From the NCBI GenBank assembly GCA_964523705.1, contig CAZFYA010000001.1:3388-67387 (forward strand): a DNA stretch of 64,000 nucleotides, given 5' to 3'. The translations under genes were made by a program, and so were the position numbers. The notes beneath the pieces are model-generated. The model worked only from the letters and a program-made list of their open reading frames with translations. It did not search any database and was not told the DNA's origin. This document shows, piece after piece, positions 55,755 through 64,000 of this stretch. Position 1 is the first letter of the stretch; every line of letters begins with the position of its first letter. This DNA is from an uncultured Gammaproteobacteria bacterium. GTDB taxonomy: Bacteria; Patescibacteriota; Microgenomatia; Levybacterales; UBA12049.

Positions 55755-56694
55755 TATTTCCCGAAACTAAATTCAGTAATTTTCTGGTATCTTCAAACCT
55801 ATCCTTGCTGTCCATAACAACCATAATCAGCTGATGTTGCTCTTCTTTGTTTTCCAAACTTGATGGTTCAAGTTTTGAAGTAACTAATACCTGACCTGCT
55901 CCTCTTGTATAACCTGTTTTTACTCCGTTTACACCGTCAATGCCCAGTAATTCATTTAAATTACCAACTGAATAGCTATATCTCCCATCAACACTTGTAA
56001 AAGACTTATTCCTAGTTGAAACTGCTTTTGAAAAAGTAGTGTTTTTTAAAGCTATACTTGCCAGTTGTGCAAGTTCATGTGGAGTTGTATAGTTTCCCTC
56101 ATCTATTAATCCTGCCGGATCAACAAAATGAGTATTTAGAAGATGAAATTTTTTAGCATTATTATTCATCTCTAAAACAAACTCTTCCTGTCCACCTTTA
56201 TAGTTTTGGGCAATTGTTAAAGCAGCATCGTTTCCTGAAGGTAAAAGAAGTGCATATAAAAGACTTTCAAAGCTTAGCTTTTCGCCAACATCTAAGCCTA
56301 TTAATGCTCCTTCATCGGTTGCTGTTTTTACTACCAATACATTATTTAAATCAAAATGTGAAAGAGCAGTTAAAGCTGTCATTATTTTTGCAGTAGAAGC
56401 AGTTGAAAAACGAAGATTACTGTTTTTCTCATATAAAACTACTTTTGAGTCAGCATCCATTATTATTGCTCCCCTTGCGCTAATACCTGGATCAAAGTTT
56501 TGTTTTAAAACCGGATATTTTGAAAAGCTGGTTTTTTGAATAGGATCCGGGAGAAGATAGTGTTTATTAATTTTATCTAAAAAATAGAATTCCAGACCTA
56601 ATAGCACCACAAAGACCAAAGCTAAAACTGAAAGTAAAACAATGTGCAGTTTTTTTTTGAGGATTTTATTTATTAATTTTTGAAAATCTTTCAT
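55729..56694 (-). CDS. D-alanyl-D-alanine carboxypeptidase (peptidase S11, PBP5-like)
   Basis: N-terminal anchor; SxxK (ASTAKIMT), SGN (LLPSGNDAA) and KTG (VKTGYT) motifs in the correct order. Confidence 0.75.
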   Translation of the reverse strand: MKDFQKLINKILKKKLHIVLLSVLALVFVVLLGLEFYFLDKINKHYLLPDPIQKTSFSKYPVLKQNFDPGISARGAIIMDADSKVVLYEKNSNLRFSTASTAKIMTALTALSHFDLNNVLVVKTATDEGALIGLDVGEKLSFESLLYALLLPSGNDAALTIAQNYKGGQEEFVLEMNNNAKKFHLLNTHFVDPAGLIDEGNYTTPHELAQLASIALKNTTFSKAVSTRNKSFTSVDGRYSYSVGNLNELLGIDGVNGVKTGYTRGAGQVLVTSKLEPSSLENKEEQHQLIMVVMDSKDRFEDTRKLLNLVSGNINFLSIRP

Positions 56695-58045
56695 CTACTC
56701 TATCCATGTCTCTTGGAAACAAGCTTGCTTCTCTGATGTTTAAAAGGCCTAAAATATCTTTAGTTACTCTTTCAAGCCCAATTGCAAATCCGCCTTCAGG
56801 AGGCATTCCATATTTAAAAGCCTGAAGATAAAGTTCAAAGTTTTCTTTTTTTCCTCCTCTTTCTTCAATTCTTTCTAAAAGCATCTTGTAATCATTAATT
56901 CTTTGTCCACCTGTTACCCACTCCTCATTAACCCCAAGTAAATCAAAGCTTAAAGTATATCCTTTATCATCTAAATCAGGCATTGTGTAAAAAGGTCTTT
57001 TTTTAACAGGATAATGGGTAATAAAAACAAAAGGAGCGCCAGTTTCCTCCATTGCCCATTTGCAGATTTCCTTCTCATCTGAAGGGTCTAAATCAGAAGC
57101 TTTGCGATGATCCGCTTTTGTTCTCTTAAAAATAATCTCCTGGGCTTCTCTTAATTTTATTCTTGGAATTGGTTTTGTAAGCTTTGGCAATTTAGCTTTA
57201 AATAAGGCTAATTCTTCTTTATTCTCTTTTTCTACTGTCTCAAGAATGTTTTTTACCACCTTTTCAGCTGTGTCCATAATGTCTGTCCAAGAAGTAATAA
57301 AGCCCATTTCAGCATCAAGGCTAACATATTCTGCTAAATGCCTTGTTGTAATTGAAGGCTCTGCTCTGTAGGCATGAACAATAGTAAATACCCTTTCAAA
57401 TACGCCAACCATTATTTGCTTATATAATTGCGGTGATTGAGCCAAATACGCACGATGTGAATAGTACTCAATTGGAAATACTTCAGCTCCGCCTTCAGTA
57501 GCTACAGGCACAATTGTTGGAGGAAAAATCTCAGTAAAACCCTCACTTTTTAAGGTATTTGAAAAAGCAGAGGTAATTGTTTCCTGTACTTTAAAAATTG
57601 CCATAACCTTAGGATTTCTTAAAGTAAGTGCTCTATGGTCTAAAAGCGTTGGAAGCTCTAAATTAAGCTCATTTGAACCCATGTCAAAAGGCAGTGTATC
57701 AGCCTTGGAGATTATCTTAATATCTTTGGCCTCAATTTCTACATCTCCTGTTTTAAGCTCCTTATTTACTGTTCCTGAGGGCCTTTTATTTACCTTACCA
57801 GTGATTTCCACGACAAACTCAGGTTTTAACTCACAGGCAGCCTTATATGCCTCTTCAGATACCTTTGGATTAACTACTACCTGAATAAGCCCTGCTTTAT
57901 CCCTGATGTCCAAAAAAATTAGCTTCCCATGATCTCTTCTTAGCCTCACCCAGCCACAAAGTTTAATTTCCTTACCAATAAAGTCTGAGGCTAATTCAGA
58001 AAGAGTTCTTTTGTTAACACTCATATGATTAATTAGGAATATCAT
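56666..58045 (-). CDS. Aspartate/asparagine--tRNA ligase, archaeal/class IIb type (possibly non-discriminating AspRS); true start may be the ATG at 58024
   Basis: N-terminal OB fold, motif 2 YRAEPSITTRHLAEYVSLDAEM, motif 3 PPEGGFAIGLERV; a -10 element overlaps the annotated first ATG. Confidence 0.65.
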   Translation of the reverse strand: MIFLINHMSVNKRTLSELASDFIGKEIKLCGWVRLRRDHGKLIFLDIRDKAGLIQVVVNPKVSEEAYKAACELKPEFVVEITGKVNKRPSGTVNKELKTGDVEIEAKDIKIISKADTLPFDMGSNELNLELPTLLDHRALTLRNPKVMAIFKVQETITSAFSNTLKSEGFTEIFPPTIVPVATEGGAEVFPIEYYSHRAYLAQSPQLYKQIMVGVFERVFTIVHAYRAEPSITTRHLAEYVSLDAEMGFITSWTDIMDTAEKVVKNILETVEKENKEELALFKAKLPKLTKPIPRIKLREAQEIIFKRTKADHRKASDLDPSDEKEICKWAMEETGAPFVFITHYPVKKRPFYTMPDLDDKGYTLSFDLLGVNEEWVTGGQRINDYKMLLERIEERGGKKENFELYLQAFKYGMPPEGGFAIGLERVTKDILGLLNIREASLFPRDMDRVDERFSKINK

Positions 58046-58234
58046 ACCTTAATTCGGCCTACTTGACAAGCAATTCTAAAAGTGATATATTTCGATAGTA
58101 TCCTATAATATGAAACTTACTAACAAAGCTAATAACAAGTTTATTTATACGCGAGCTTCCTTTAAGTAAAAGGGGCCAGTACTATTTGTATTGTGCTTAT
58201 ATTTTACAGCGGGAAGTTTTTTTATTGAAAAAAT

Positions 58235-58429
58235 ATGAGTCCAAAAGAACGCGATAATTACGAAATTCCAGGACAAATTAATCCATCAGATGATCAGTTA
58301 AAAGGGATACCATCTCGTTATCTCTCTGATGAACTTTTAGCAAGAAAAATGAGGTTAACTGGAGAAAAACCAGTAAGAGAAATTCGAATAGCTACACCAT
58401 TTTACTCTATGTCTAAACGAATTGTTTAA
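58235..58429 (+). CDS. Candidate small protein (64 aa), low confidence
   Basis: Preceded by a plus-strand TTGACA-N17-TATATT promoter (58063-58091) and a leader of about 140 nt; overlaps the recJ stop by 4 nt. Confidence 0.25.
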   Translation: MSPKERDNYEIPGQINPSDDQLKGIPSRYLSDELLARKMRLTGEKPVREIRIATPFYSMSKRIV

Positions 58430-60078
58430 ACAATATCTTTAACCTTAAGCTCTAGGTTTATATACCCATTCCAAATATTTTCTCCTATTGTATAAACTAC
58501 ATCTACTTTATCGCCTACGTCTATCTTTAGTTCTTTATTATAGTTAAACCAAATTCCCCAAATTCTAAAATTAGAAGCATAATCTACAAGTTTAATCTTA
58601 AGATGTTTTTTATCTTTCCCAACATATCTTAACTCCTCAATTGTTAACTTTTTACTTATAAATACAGGTTGAGGATTTCCCATACCAAAAGGCTCAAGTT
58701 CTTTTATTTCTTTTATTAAATCTTTATTAATTAATTTAACCGGCAAATCACAATCTATTCTTAAAACTTTAGTAAGTTTTTCTTTATTCAGTAATTTTCC
58801 TGCTAATCCTTCAAGTTTTTCTTTTACTAAATCCAGTTTTTCATTTTCAACTGTAAAACCTGCTGCCATTGGGTGTCCACCTGCATCAACTAAGAACTCA
58901 GAAACTTCTCTAATAAATTCAATAATATTAAAGCCGCTAATAGACCTTGCAGAAGCCTTGGTAAATTTTTCTCCTTTTGCTAAAACAATTGAAGGAAGAT
59001 AATACTCTTCAACTAATTTTCCGGCAACCAAACCAATTATGCCTTGTTCATATATTTCATCATAAACAAAAATTAATTTTTTCCTTTCCTGCCCTGAGCG
59101 AAGTCGAAGGGTTATTTTTGACTTGGCGTGAAGCAATGTCTCTTCTGTAATTCTTTGTCTTCTCTTATTAGTCATCCCAAGCTTTAAAGCAAGCAATCTT
59201 GCTGCCTCTTTATCTTTAGTACACAAAAGCCTTAAGGAATCCATTGCTTTCTCAATTCTTCCTGAAGCATTAATTCTTGGAGAAATAATGTGGCTTATCT
59301 CATATACTCCTAAAGTTTTTTCTTCAATTTCCGCCTCTTTTAAAATCTCTAAAAGTCCTGTTCTTTTAGTTTTTCTTAATGCTTCTAAAGCATATTTTAC
59401 AATTGCTCTGTTTTCCTCTTTTAAAGGTACTAAATCAGCAATTGTAGCAATACCTGAAAGTTCTAAATATTCACTGTTCTTTTCCTTACTTAACTTATTT
59501 GCTAAAAGATAAGCAATTCCGGCACCGCAAAGTTTAGTTGTATGAATAATTGAGTATGCTTTTGGTAGTTTTTCAAGCCTTAAGTGATGATCTGTAATTA
59601 TAACGTCTATTCCCTTTTCTTTTGCATAATCAACTGCCTCGTTTGCAATTATTCCATTATCAACCGTTATAATTAGACTACAATCCTTATGAATTTTCTT
59701 AAGGTTTTCAATCCCAACTATAGATAGTCCATACCCCTCGTCAACTCGATGCGGAATATATGGTAAAACATTTGCACCTAATTTCTTTAAAGCTTCCCAA
59801 AGAATAGCTGTTGCGCAAATTCCATCTGCATCATAATCTCCGAAAATAACTATTTTTTCCTTTCTTTTAACTGCTTTTTTAATTCTTTGAAGTGTTTTTT
59901 TAAACTGATGGCTATTTATTCCAACGCTTTTAATAGTTATTTTTCCAAGGCTTGGGTTTAAAAAATTATTAATTTTTTCTTTTTGTTTTATTCCCCTGTT
60001 CTCAAGAATTTGCTTAATTACATCTTCTATTTTTAAAATGTTTTTCTTACCAACTATTTCCCATTTCATTTTTTTCAA
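58426..60078 (-). CDS. recJ: Single-stranded-DNA-specific exonuclease RecJ
   Basis: DHH motifs (IVIFGDYDADGICA; VIITDHH), DHHA1 region and C-terminal OB fold; 550 aa. Confidence 0.85.
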   Translation of the reverse strand: MKKMKWEIVGKKNILKIEDVIKQILENRGIKQKEKINNFLNPSLGKITIKSVGINSHQFKKTLQRIKKAVKRKEKIVIFGDYDADGICATAILWEALKKLGANVLPYIPHRVDEGYGLSIVGIENLKKIHKDCSLIITVDNGIIANEAVDYAKEKGIDVIITDHHLRLEKLPKAYSIIHTTKLCGAGIAYLLANKLSKEKNSEYLELSGIATIADLVPLKEENRAIVKYALEALRKTKRTGLLEILKEAEIEEKTLGVYEISHIISPRINASGRIEKAMDSLRLLCTKDKEAARLLALKLGMTNKRRQRITEETLLHAKSKITLRLRSGQERKKLIFVYDEIYEQGIIGLVAGKLVEEYYLPSIVLAKGEKFTKASARSISGFNIIEFIREVSEFLVDAGGHPMAAGFTVENEKLDLVKEKLEGLAGKLLNKEKLTKVLRIDCDLPVKLINKDLIKEIKELEPFGMGNPQPVFISKKLTIEELRYVGKDKKHLKIKLVDYASNFRIWGIWFNYNKELKIDVGDKVDVVYTIGENIWNGYINLELKVKDIV

Positions 60079-60127
60079 AAATTTAATCTGCTATACTATA
60101 ACAAATTATATTAAGTTTTAACAATTT

Positions 60128-61486
60128 ATGCTTAAGTTCATTCCAAAAGAAATCCTTGAGGTATATAAAAAGATAAGTGATAGAAAACATCAAGTATATT
60201 TTGTTGGCGGATGTGTAAGGGATATTTTTCTTCAAAAAGAAACTAAAGACTTTGATTTAGCAACCTCTGCTAAGCCTGAAGAAGTTTTAAAAATCTTTAA
60301 AAACGGTTTTTATGATAATAAGTTTGGAACTGTTGGTGTACCGGTTAAAATCAAGAACAAAAAAGAAGTTGTTGAAATAACTACCTTTAGAACAGAAAGA
60401 GGCTATAAGGACAGAAGACACCCTGAAGTTATTAAATGGGGAAAAACAATTGAAGAGGATTTATCAAGAAGAGACTTTACCATAAATGCAATTGCCGTAA
60501 AAATTGAAAATGAAAAAATAATTGTTATTGATCCATTTGGCGGCCAAAAAGATATTGATAAAAAAATTATTAAAGCAGTTGGAAACCCTAAGGAAAGATT
60601 TAAAGAAGACGCTTTAAGGCTAATGCGGGCAATAAGACTGGCAACAGAACTTTCCTTTACAATTGATAAAGAAACTTTTGAGGAGATTAAAAATGACTCA
60701 AGCCTTATTGAAAACATTTCAAAAGAAAGAGTAAGAGATGAATTGCTAAGAATTTTAGCCAGTAAATATCCATATGAGGGGGTAATGCTTCTTAAAAACA
60801 GCGAACTACTAAAGCATATCTTACCTGAACTTATTGAAGGTATTGGAGTTTCCCAGCAAAGGCCGGGAAGACACCACACCAGTGATGTTTTTACCCATAA
60901 TCTCCTTTCTTTAAAGTTTTGCCCATCAAAAGATCCAATTGTTAGGTTTGCTACTCTTATTCATGATGTTGGAAAACCAAAGGTTGCTGCAAAAGATGAG
61001 AAAGGATTAGTTGTGTTTCATAATCACGAACTTGAGGGAACAAGACTTGCCTTTGAAATCTGCAACAGGCTAAAGTTTTCCAAAAAAGAAAGGAAAAGAA
61101 TCGTAAACCTATCAAGGTGGCACATGTTCACAGTTGATGAGAAGATAACTGATGCTGCTGTTAGACGCTTTATTCGAAAAGTAGGAGTTGAAAATGTTAA
61201 GGATATGATTGATTTAAGAATTGGAGACAGGCTTGGTGGTGGAACCCAAAGAGCTGAAAGTTGGAGACTTAAGCTTTTTAAAAAAAGAATTGAAGAACAA
61301 TTAAAACCAAAGCCTTTTTCAATAGATGATTTGGCAATTGACGGAAATGATATCATGAAGGAGCTAAATATAAAGCCTGGTAAAAAAGTCGGAGAGATAC
61401 TTCAAAAGCTCTTTGAAGAAGTAGATGAGGATTTATCAAAAAACAAAAAAGAATACCTACTTAAAAGATTAAAAGATTTCTCTTAA
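60128..61486 (+). CDS. cca: CCA-adding tRNA nucleotidyltransferase with HD domain
   Basis: PolyA_pol head [31 protein letters not shown]; HD motif HDVGK. Confidence 0.85.
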   Translation: MLKFIPKEILEVYKKISDRKHQVYFVGGCVRDIFLQKETKDFDLATSAKPEEVLKIFKNGFYDNKFGTVGVPVKIKNKKEVVEITTFRTERGYKDRRHPEVIKWGKTIEEDLSRRDFTINAIAVKIENEKIIVIDPFGGQKDIDKKIIKAVGNPKERFKEDALRLMRAIRLATELSFTIDKETFEEIKNDSSLIENISKERVRDELLRILASKYPYEGVMLLKNSELLKHILPELIEGIGVSQQRPGRHHTSDVFTHNLLSLKFCPSKDPIVRFATLIHDVGKPKVAAKDEKGLVVFHNHELEGTRLAFEICNRLKFSKKERKRIVNLSRWHMFTVDEKITDAAVRRFIRKVGVENVKDMIDLRIGDRLGGGTQRAESWRLKLFKKRIEEQLKPKPFSIDDLAIDGNDIMKELNIKPGKKVGEILQKLFEEVDEDLSKNKKEYLLKRLKDFS

Positions 61487-61524
61487 AATCTAAAAGCTTT
61501 TATGCTATACTTTCCCCTATTGAA

Positions 61525-62676
61525 ATGAAAAAGTATTTTACTTCAGAATCAGTAACTGAGGGGCATCCTGATAAAATCTGTGATCAAATAGCAGATGCTA
61601 TTTTAGACGAAGTATTAAGAAACGATAAAAATGCTGCTTGCTGCTGTGAAGTTTTTACAACAACCGGAATGGTTGTAATTGGCGGGGAAATAACTACCAA
61701 AGCATATATTGATGTTGAAAAAATTGCAAGAGAAGTATTAAAAGACATTGGCTACATTAATGCAGATTACGGCATAGATTATAAATCCTGCGCAATAATT
61801 AATGTAATTCATGAACAAAGTAAAGATATTGCCCAAGGTGAAAACCCCAAAAAAGCACTTCATAAAGCCCAGGGTGCTGGAGATCAGGGAATGATGGTAG
61901 GCTTTGCCTGCAAAGAAACACCGGAGCTGATGCCTCTTCCGATAATGCTTGCTCACAGGCTAACAAAAAAACTATCAGAGGTTAGAAAGAAAAAGATAAT
62001 CCCCTATTTAAGGCCTGATGGAAAAGCTCAAGTTACGGTTGAATACGAGGAAAATAAACCAATTTCAATTGAAACAGTTGTTATTGCTGCACAACATCAT
62101 GACAACATCCCTTATAAAAGAATTAGAAACGATATTATAAAACACGTTATTAAACCAATTTGCCAAAAGCTCTTACATAAAAATGTAAAAATATACATTA
62201 ATGAAACAGGAAAGTTTGTAACAGGAGGCCCACAAGGAGATACAGGAGTAACGGGGAGAAAAATAATTGTTGATACATACGGTGGAATGGCAAGGCACGG
62301 AGGAGGAGCGTTTAGCGGAAAAGTGCCAAACAAGCAAGACAGAAGTGGAGCATATATGGCGCGCTACATTGCTAAAAATGTAGTAGCAGCAGGGCTTTCT
62401 AATAAATGTGAGGTGCAACTTGCTTATGCAATTGGCTTTCCTCAACCGGTTTCAGTTCATGTAACTACTTTTAACGAGGGAAAAATAGCTGATGAGAAAA
62501 TTGAAAAAGCAATAAAAAAAGTTTTTGATATGAGCCCAGGTGGAATAATTAAAACTTTAAATCTTAAACGACCAATATATAGAAATACTGCAAATTATGG
62601 ACATTTCGGAAGAAAAGAATTTCCCTGGGAAAAAACAGATAAGATTGCAGCTTTAAAAAAAGCTGCTAAAATATAA
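61525..62676 (+). CDS. metK: S-adenosylmethionine synthetase
   Basis: [25 protein letters not shown] and GGGAFSGK signatures; 383 aa. Confidence 0.95.
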   Translation: MKKYFTSESVTEGHPDKICDQIADAILDEVLRNDKNAACCCEVFTTTGMVVIGGEITTKAYIDVEKIAREVLKDIGYINADYGIDYKSCAIINVIHEQSKDIAQGENPKKALHKAQGAGDQGMMVGFACKETPELMPLPIMLAHRLTKKLSEVRKKKIIPYLRPDGKAQVTVEYEENKPISIETVVIAAQHHDNIPYKRIRNDIIKHVIKPICQKLLHKNVKIYINETGKFVTGGPQGDTGVTGRKIIVDTYGGMARHGGGAFSGKVPNKQDRSGAYMARYIAKNVVAAGLSNKCEVQLAYAIGFPQPVSVHVTTFNEGKIADEKIEKAIKKVFDMSPGGIIKTLNLKRPIYRNTANYGHFGRKEFPWEKTDKIAALKKAAKI

Positions 62677-62888
62677 GCATATGGAAAAGAGTAGAGGCTT
62701 TTTTACAGGAAGATTAAAAAGATTGCATGGTAGTGTTTCCATGGCAAATCAAGAACAAATATCTCCAATAGGTATTGTTTTAGGGAAAAAGGGAAAGGAT
62801 AGGCCGACGCAATCAGGAAGAGAAAAAAAAGGAGCATGGGGATTTCAAGGAAGTAGAATTTTTTACGATAGAACTTCTCATAAATAAT

Positions 62889-63344
62889 ATGACAAAACAA
62901 CAGCTTCGTGATGAATTAAAACAAGCAATGCTTTCTAAAGACGAATTAAAAACTTCTGTTTTAAGAATGATTTTATCTGCTATTAACTACTTTGAAATTC
63001 AAAAAGGTGGCGCAGGATACGAAGCAACTGAGGAGGATGTATTAGCAGTTTTAGAAAAAGAAGTAAAACAGCATAGAGACTCAATTGAACAATTTAAACT
63101 TGGTAAAAGAGAAGAATTAGTTGATAAGGAAACAAAGGAACTTGAAATAATTCAAAAATACCTTCCAGAACAATTAAGCGAGGAAGAAGTTAAAAACTTA
63201 GTTAAGGATGCAGTCTCAAAAACAGGTGCATCAACAATTTCTGATATGGGAAAAGTGATGGGAGCATTAATGCCAAAAGTAAAAGGCAAAGCAGATGGGA
63301 GCATGGTCAGTAAGCTCGTAAAAGAGGCTTTAACTACTTCTTAA
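62889..63344 (+). CDS. GatB/YqeY domain protein
   Basis: 151 aa; typical YqeY helical pattern (LKQAMLSKDELKTSVLRMILSAINY...IQKYLPEQLSEEEV). Confidence 0.75.
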   Translation: MTKQQLRDELKQAMLSKDELKTSVLRMILSAINYFEIQKGGAGYEATEEDVLAVLEKEVKQHRDSIEQFKLGKREELVDKETKELEIIQKYLPEQLSEEEVKNLVKDAVSKTGASTISDMGKVMGALMPKVKGKADGSMVSKLVKEALTTS

Positions 63345-64000
63345 GTTTTCTTTTCAAAGCCCATTTCTCCCAAACAACCAACAAAGGAGATGCAAAAAAG
63401 ATTGATGAGTATGTTCCAGCAATTATTCCTATAAGAAGAGCAACTACAAACCATTTTATACTTTCCCCGCCAAAGAAAAGAAGTGCAACTAAGACCAAAA
63501 CAACGGTTAAAGAAGTATTAAGTGATCTGTCTAAAGTTTGTAAGATTGACTCATTAACAATTTTTTCAAACGGGTCATCTATCATCCTTTTAAGGTTTTC
63601 CCTAATCCTGTCAAAAACAACAATTGTATCGTGAACTGAAAAACCAATTACCGTTAAAACTGCTGTTACAAAAAGACTATCTATCTCAACTCTTAAAAAG
63701 TGGCCCAAAATTGCAAACGCACCAATAATTATTAAAACATCATGTATTAATGCTAAGATTGTACAAACTCCAAACCTAAAGCTACTCGCCGGTTTTGGTA
63801 CTTTTCTAAAAGCAAAAGTAATATATAAAACTATTAAAAGAGAAGCAATAATAATTGCTTTTATTGCATTAGCTGTTGTTTCAGAACCCATTGTCGGACC
63901 AATTGTTTCCAAGTCCTCTTCTTTTACTTCTTTTATTTCCTTTTTAAGACTTTCTACTAACTTATCATTTGTACCCTGGTCTATGGCTTCTGTTTTTATA
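63334..64000 (-). CDS. Protein-export membrane protein SecD/SecF family (partial, continues past window end)
   Basis: C-terminal TM bundle ...LYITFAFRKV...ALIHDVLIIIGAFAILG...GFSVHDTIVVFDRIREN; reading frame stays open to position 64000. Confidence 0.7.
   Translation of the reverse strand, partial: IKTEAIDQGTNDKLVESLKKEIKEVKEEDLETIGPTMGSETTANAIKAIIIASLLIVLYITFAFRKVPKPASSFRFGVCTILALIHDVLIIIGAFAILGHFLRVEIDSLFVTAVLTVIGFSVHDTIVVFDRIRENLKRMIDDPFEKIVNESILQTLDRSLNTSLTVVLVLVALLFFGGESIKWFVVALLIGIIAGTYSSIFFASPLLVVWEKWALKRKLKK

Noticed and set aside
60403-61356. 158-aa and 110-aa antisense ORFs inside cca
   Set aside because: Serine/leucine-rich antisense translations of a well-supported gene; spurious.
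62681-62887. 68-aa ORF between metK and the YqeY gene
   Set aside because: Gly/Lys/Arg-rich low-complexity translation of a purine-rich spacer (contains an AAGGAG SD-like run for the downstream gene); more likely a 5' UTR than a gene.
1-64000. CRISPR arrays, integrase/transposase genes, toxin-antitoxin pairs
   Set aside because: No regularly spaced short repeats, no tyrosine/serine recombinase or DDE transposase signatures, no small adjacent gene pairs with TA-like features were seen.

Overview
This is a visibly AT-rich window (roughly 70% A+T by eye). Its features point to a small-genome Patescibacteria/CPR-like bacterium: many near-leaderless sigma70-type promoters, an archaeal-type Asp/Asn-tRNA ligase, a short GluRS and no LPS genes. 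This lineage assignment is an inference.

Positions 186-46738 form one almost perfectly co-directional (minus-strand), translationally coupled glycan-biosynthesis super-cluster of about 46.5 kb. It contains:
- a CDP-3,6-dideoxyhexose module (rfbF, rfbG-like, rfbH-like, RmlC-like cupin epimerase)
- GalE
- GT2 and GT4 transferases
- four soluble Dpm1/GtrB-like polyprenyl-phosphate sugar synthases
- two Wzx-like flippases
- a SAM methyltransferase
- seventeen large polytopic GT-C-type membrane proteins in at least four tandemly amplified paralog families: PMT/ArnT-like with a DE motif, a YDxxRD...PLxGP family, an HD...FPxRW family with a YfhO-type C-terminus, and bona fide YfhO-like proteins

No priming phosphoglycosyltransferase and no clear Wzy/Wzz are present. 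The cluster therefore looks like an extracytoplasmic, polyprenyl-phosphate-sugar-driven glycosylation foundry rather than a classical O-antigen locus.

Downstream features, in order:
- tRNA-Glu(CUC), whose 3' 30 nt are duplicated about 650 bp away; the repeats bracket a GC-richer single-ORF islet
- Lon protease
- several small hypothetical genes with consensus near-leaderless promoters and shared upstream motifs
- tRNA-Gln(CUG), overlapped by a spurious ORF start
- DgkA, a PAP2-like phosphatase and GltX
- an S11 D-Ala-D-Ala carboxypeptidase
- an Asp/Asn-tRNA ligase
- RecJ, the CCA-adding enzyme, MetK and a YqeY/GatB-domain protein
- a partial SecD/SecF gene at the window edge

No CRISPR array, integrase or transposase was seen.
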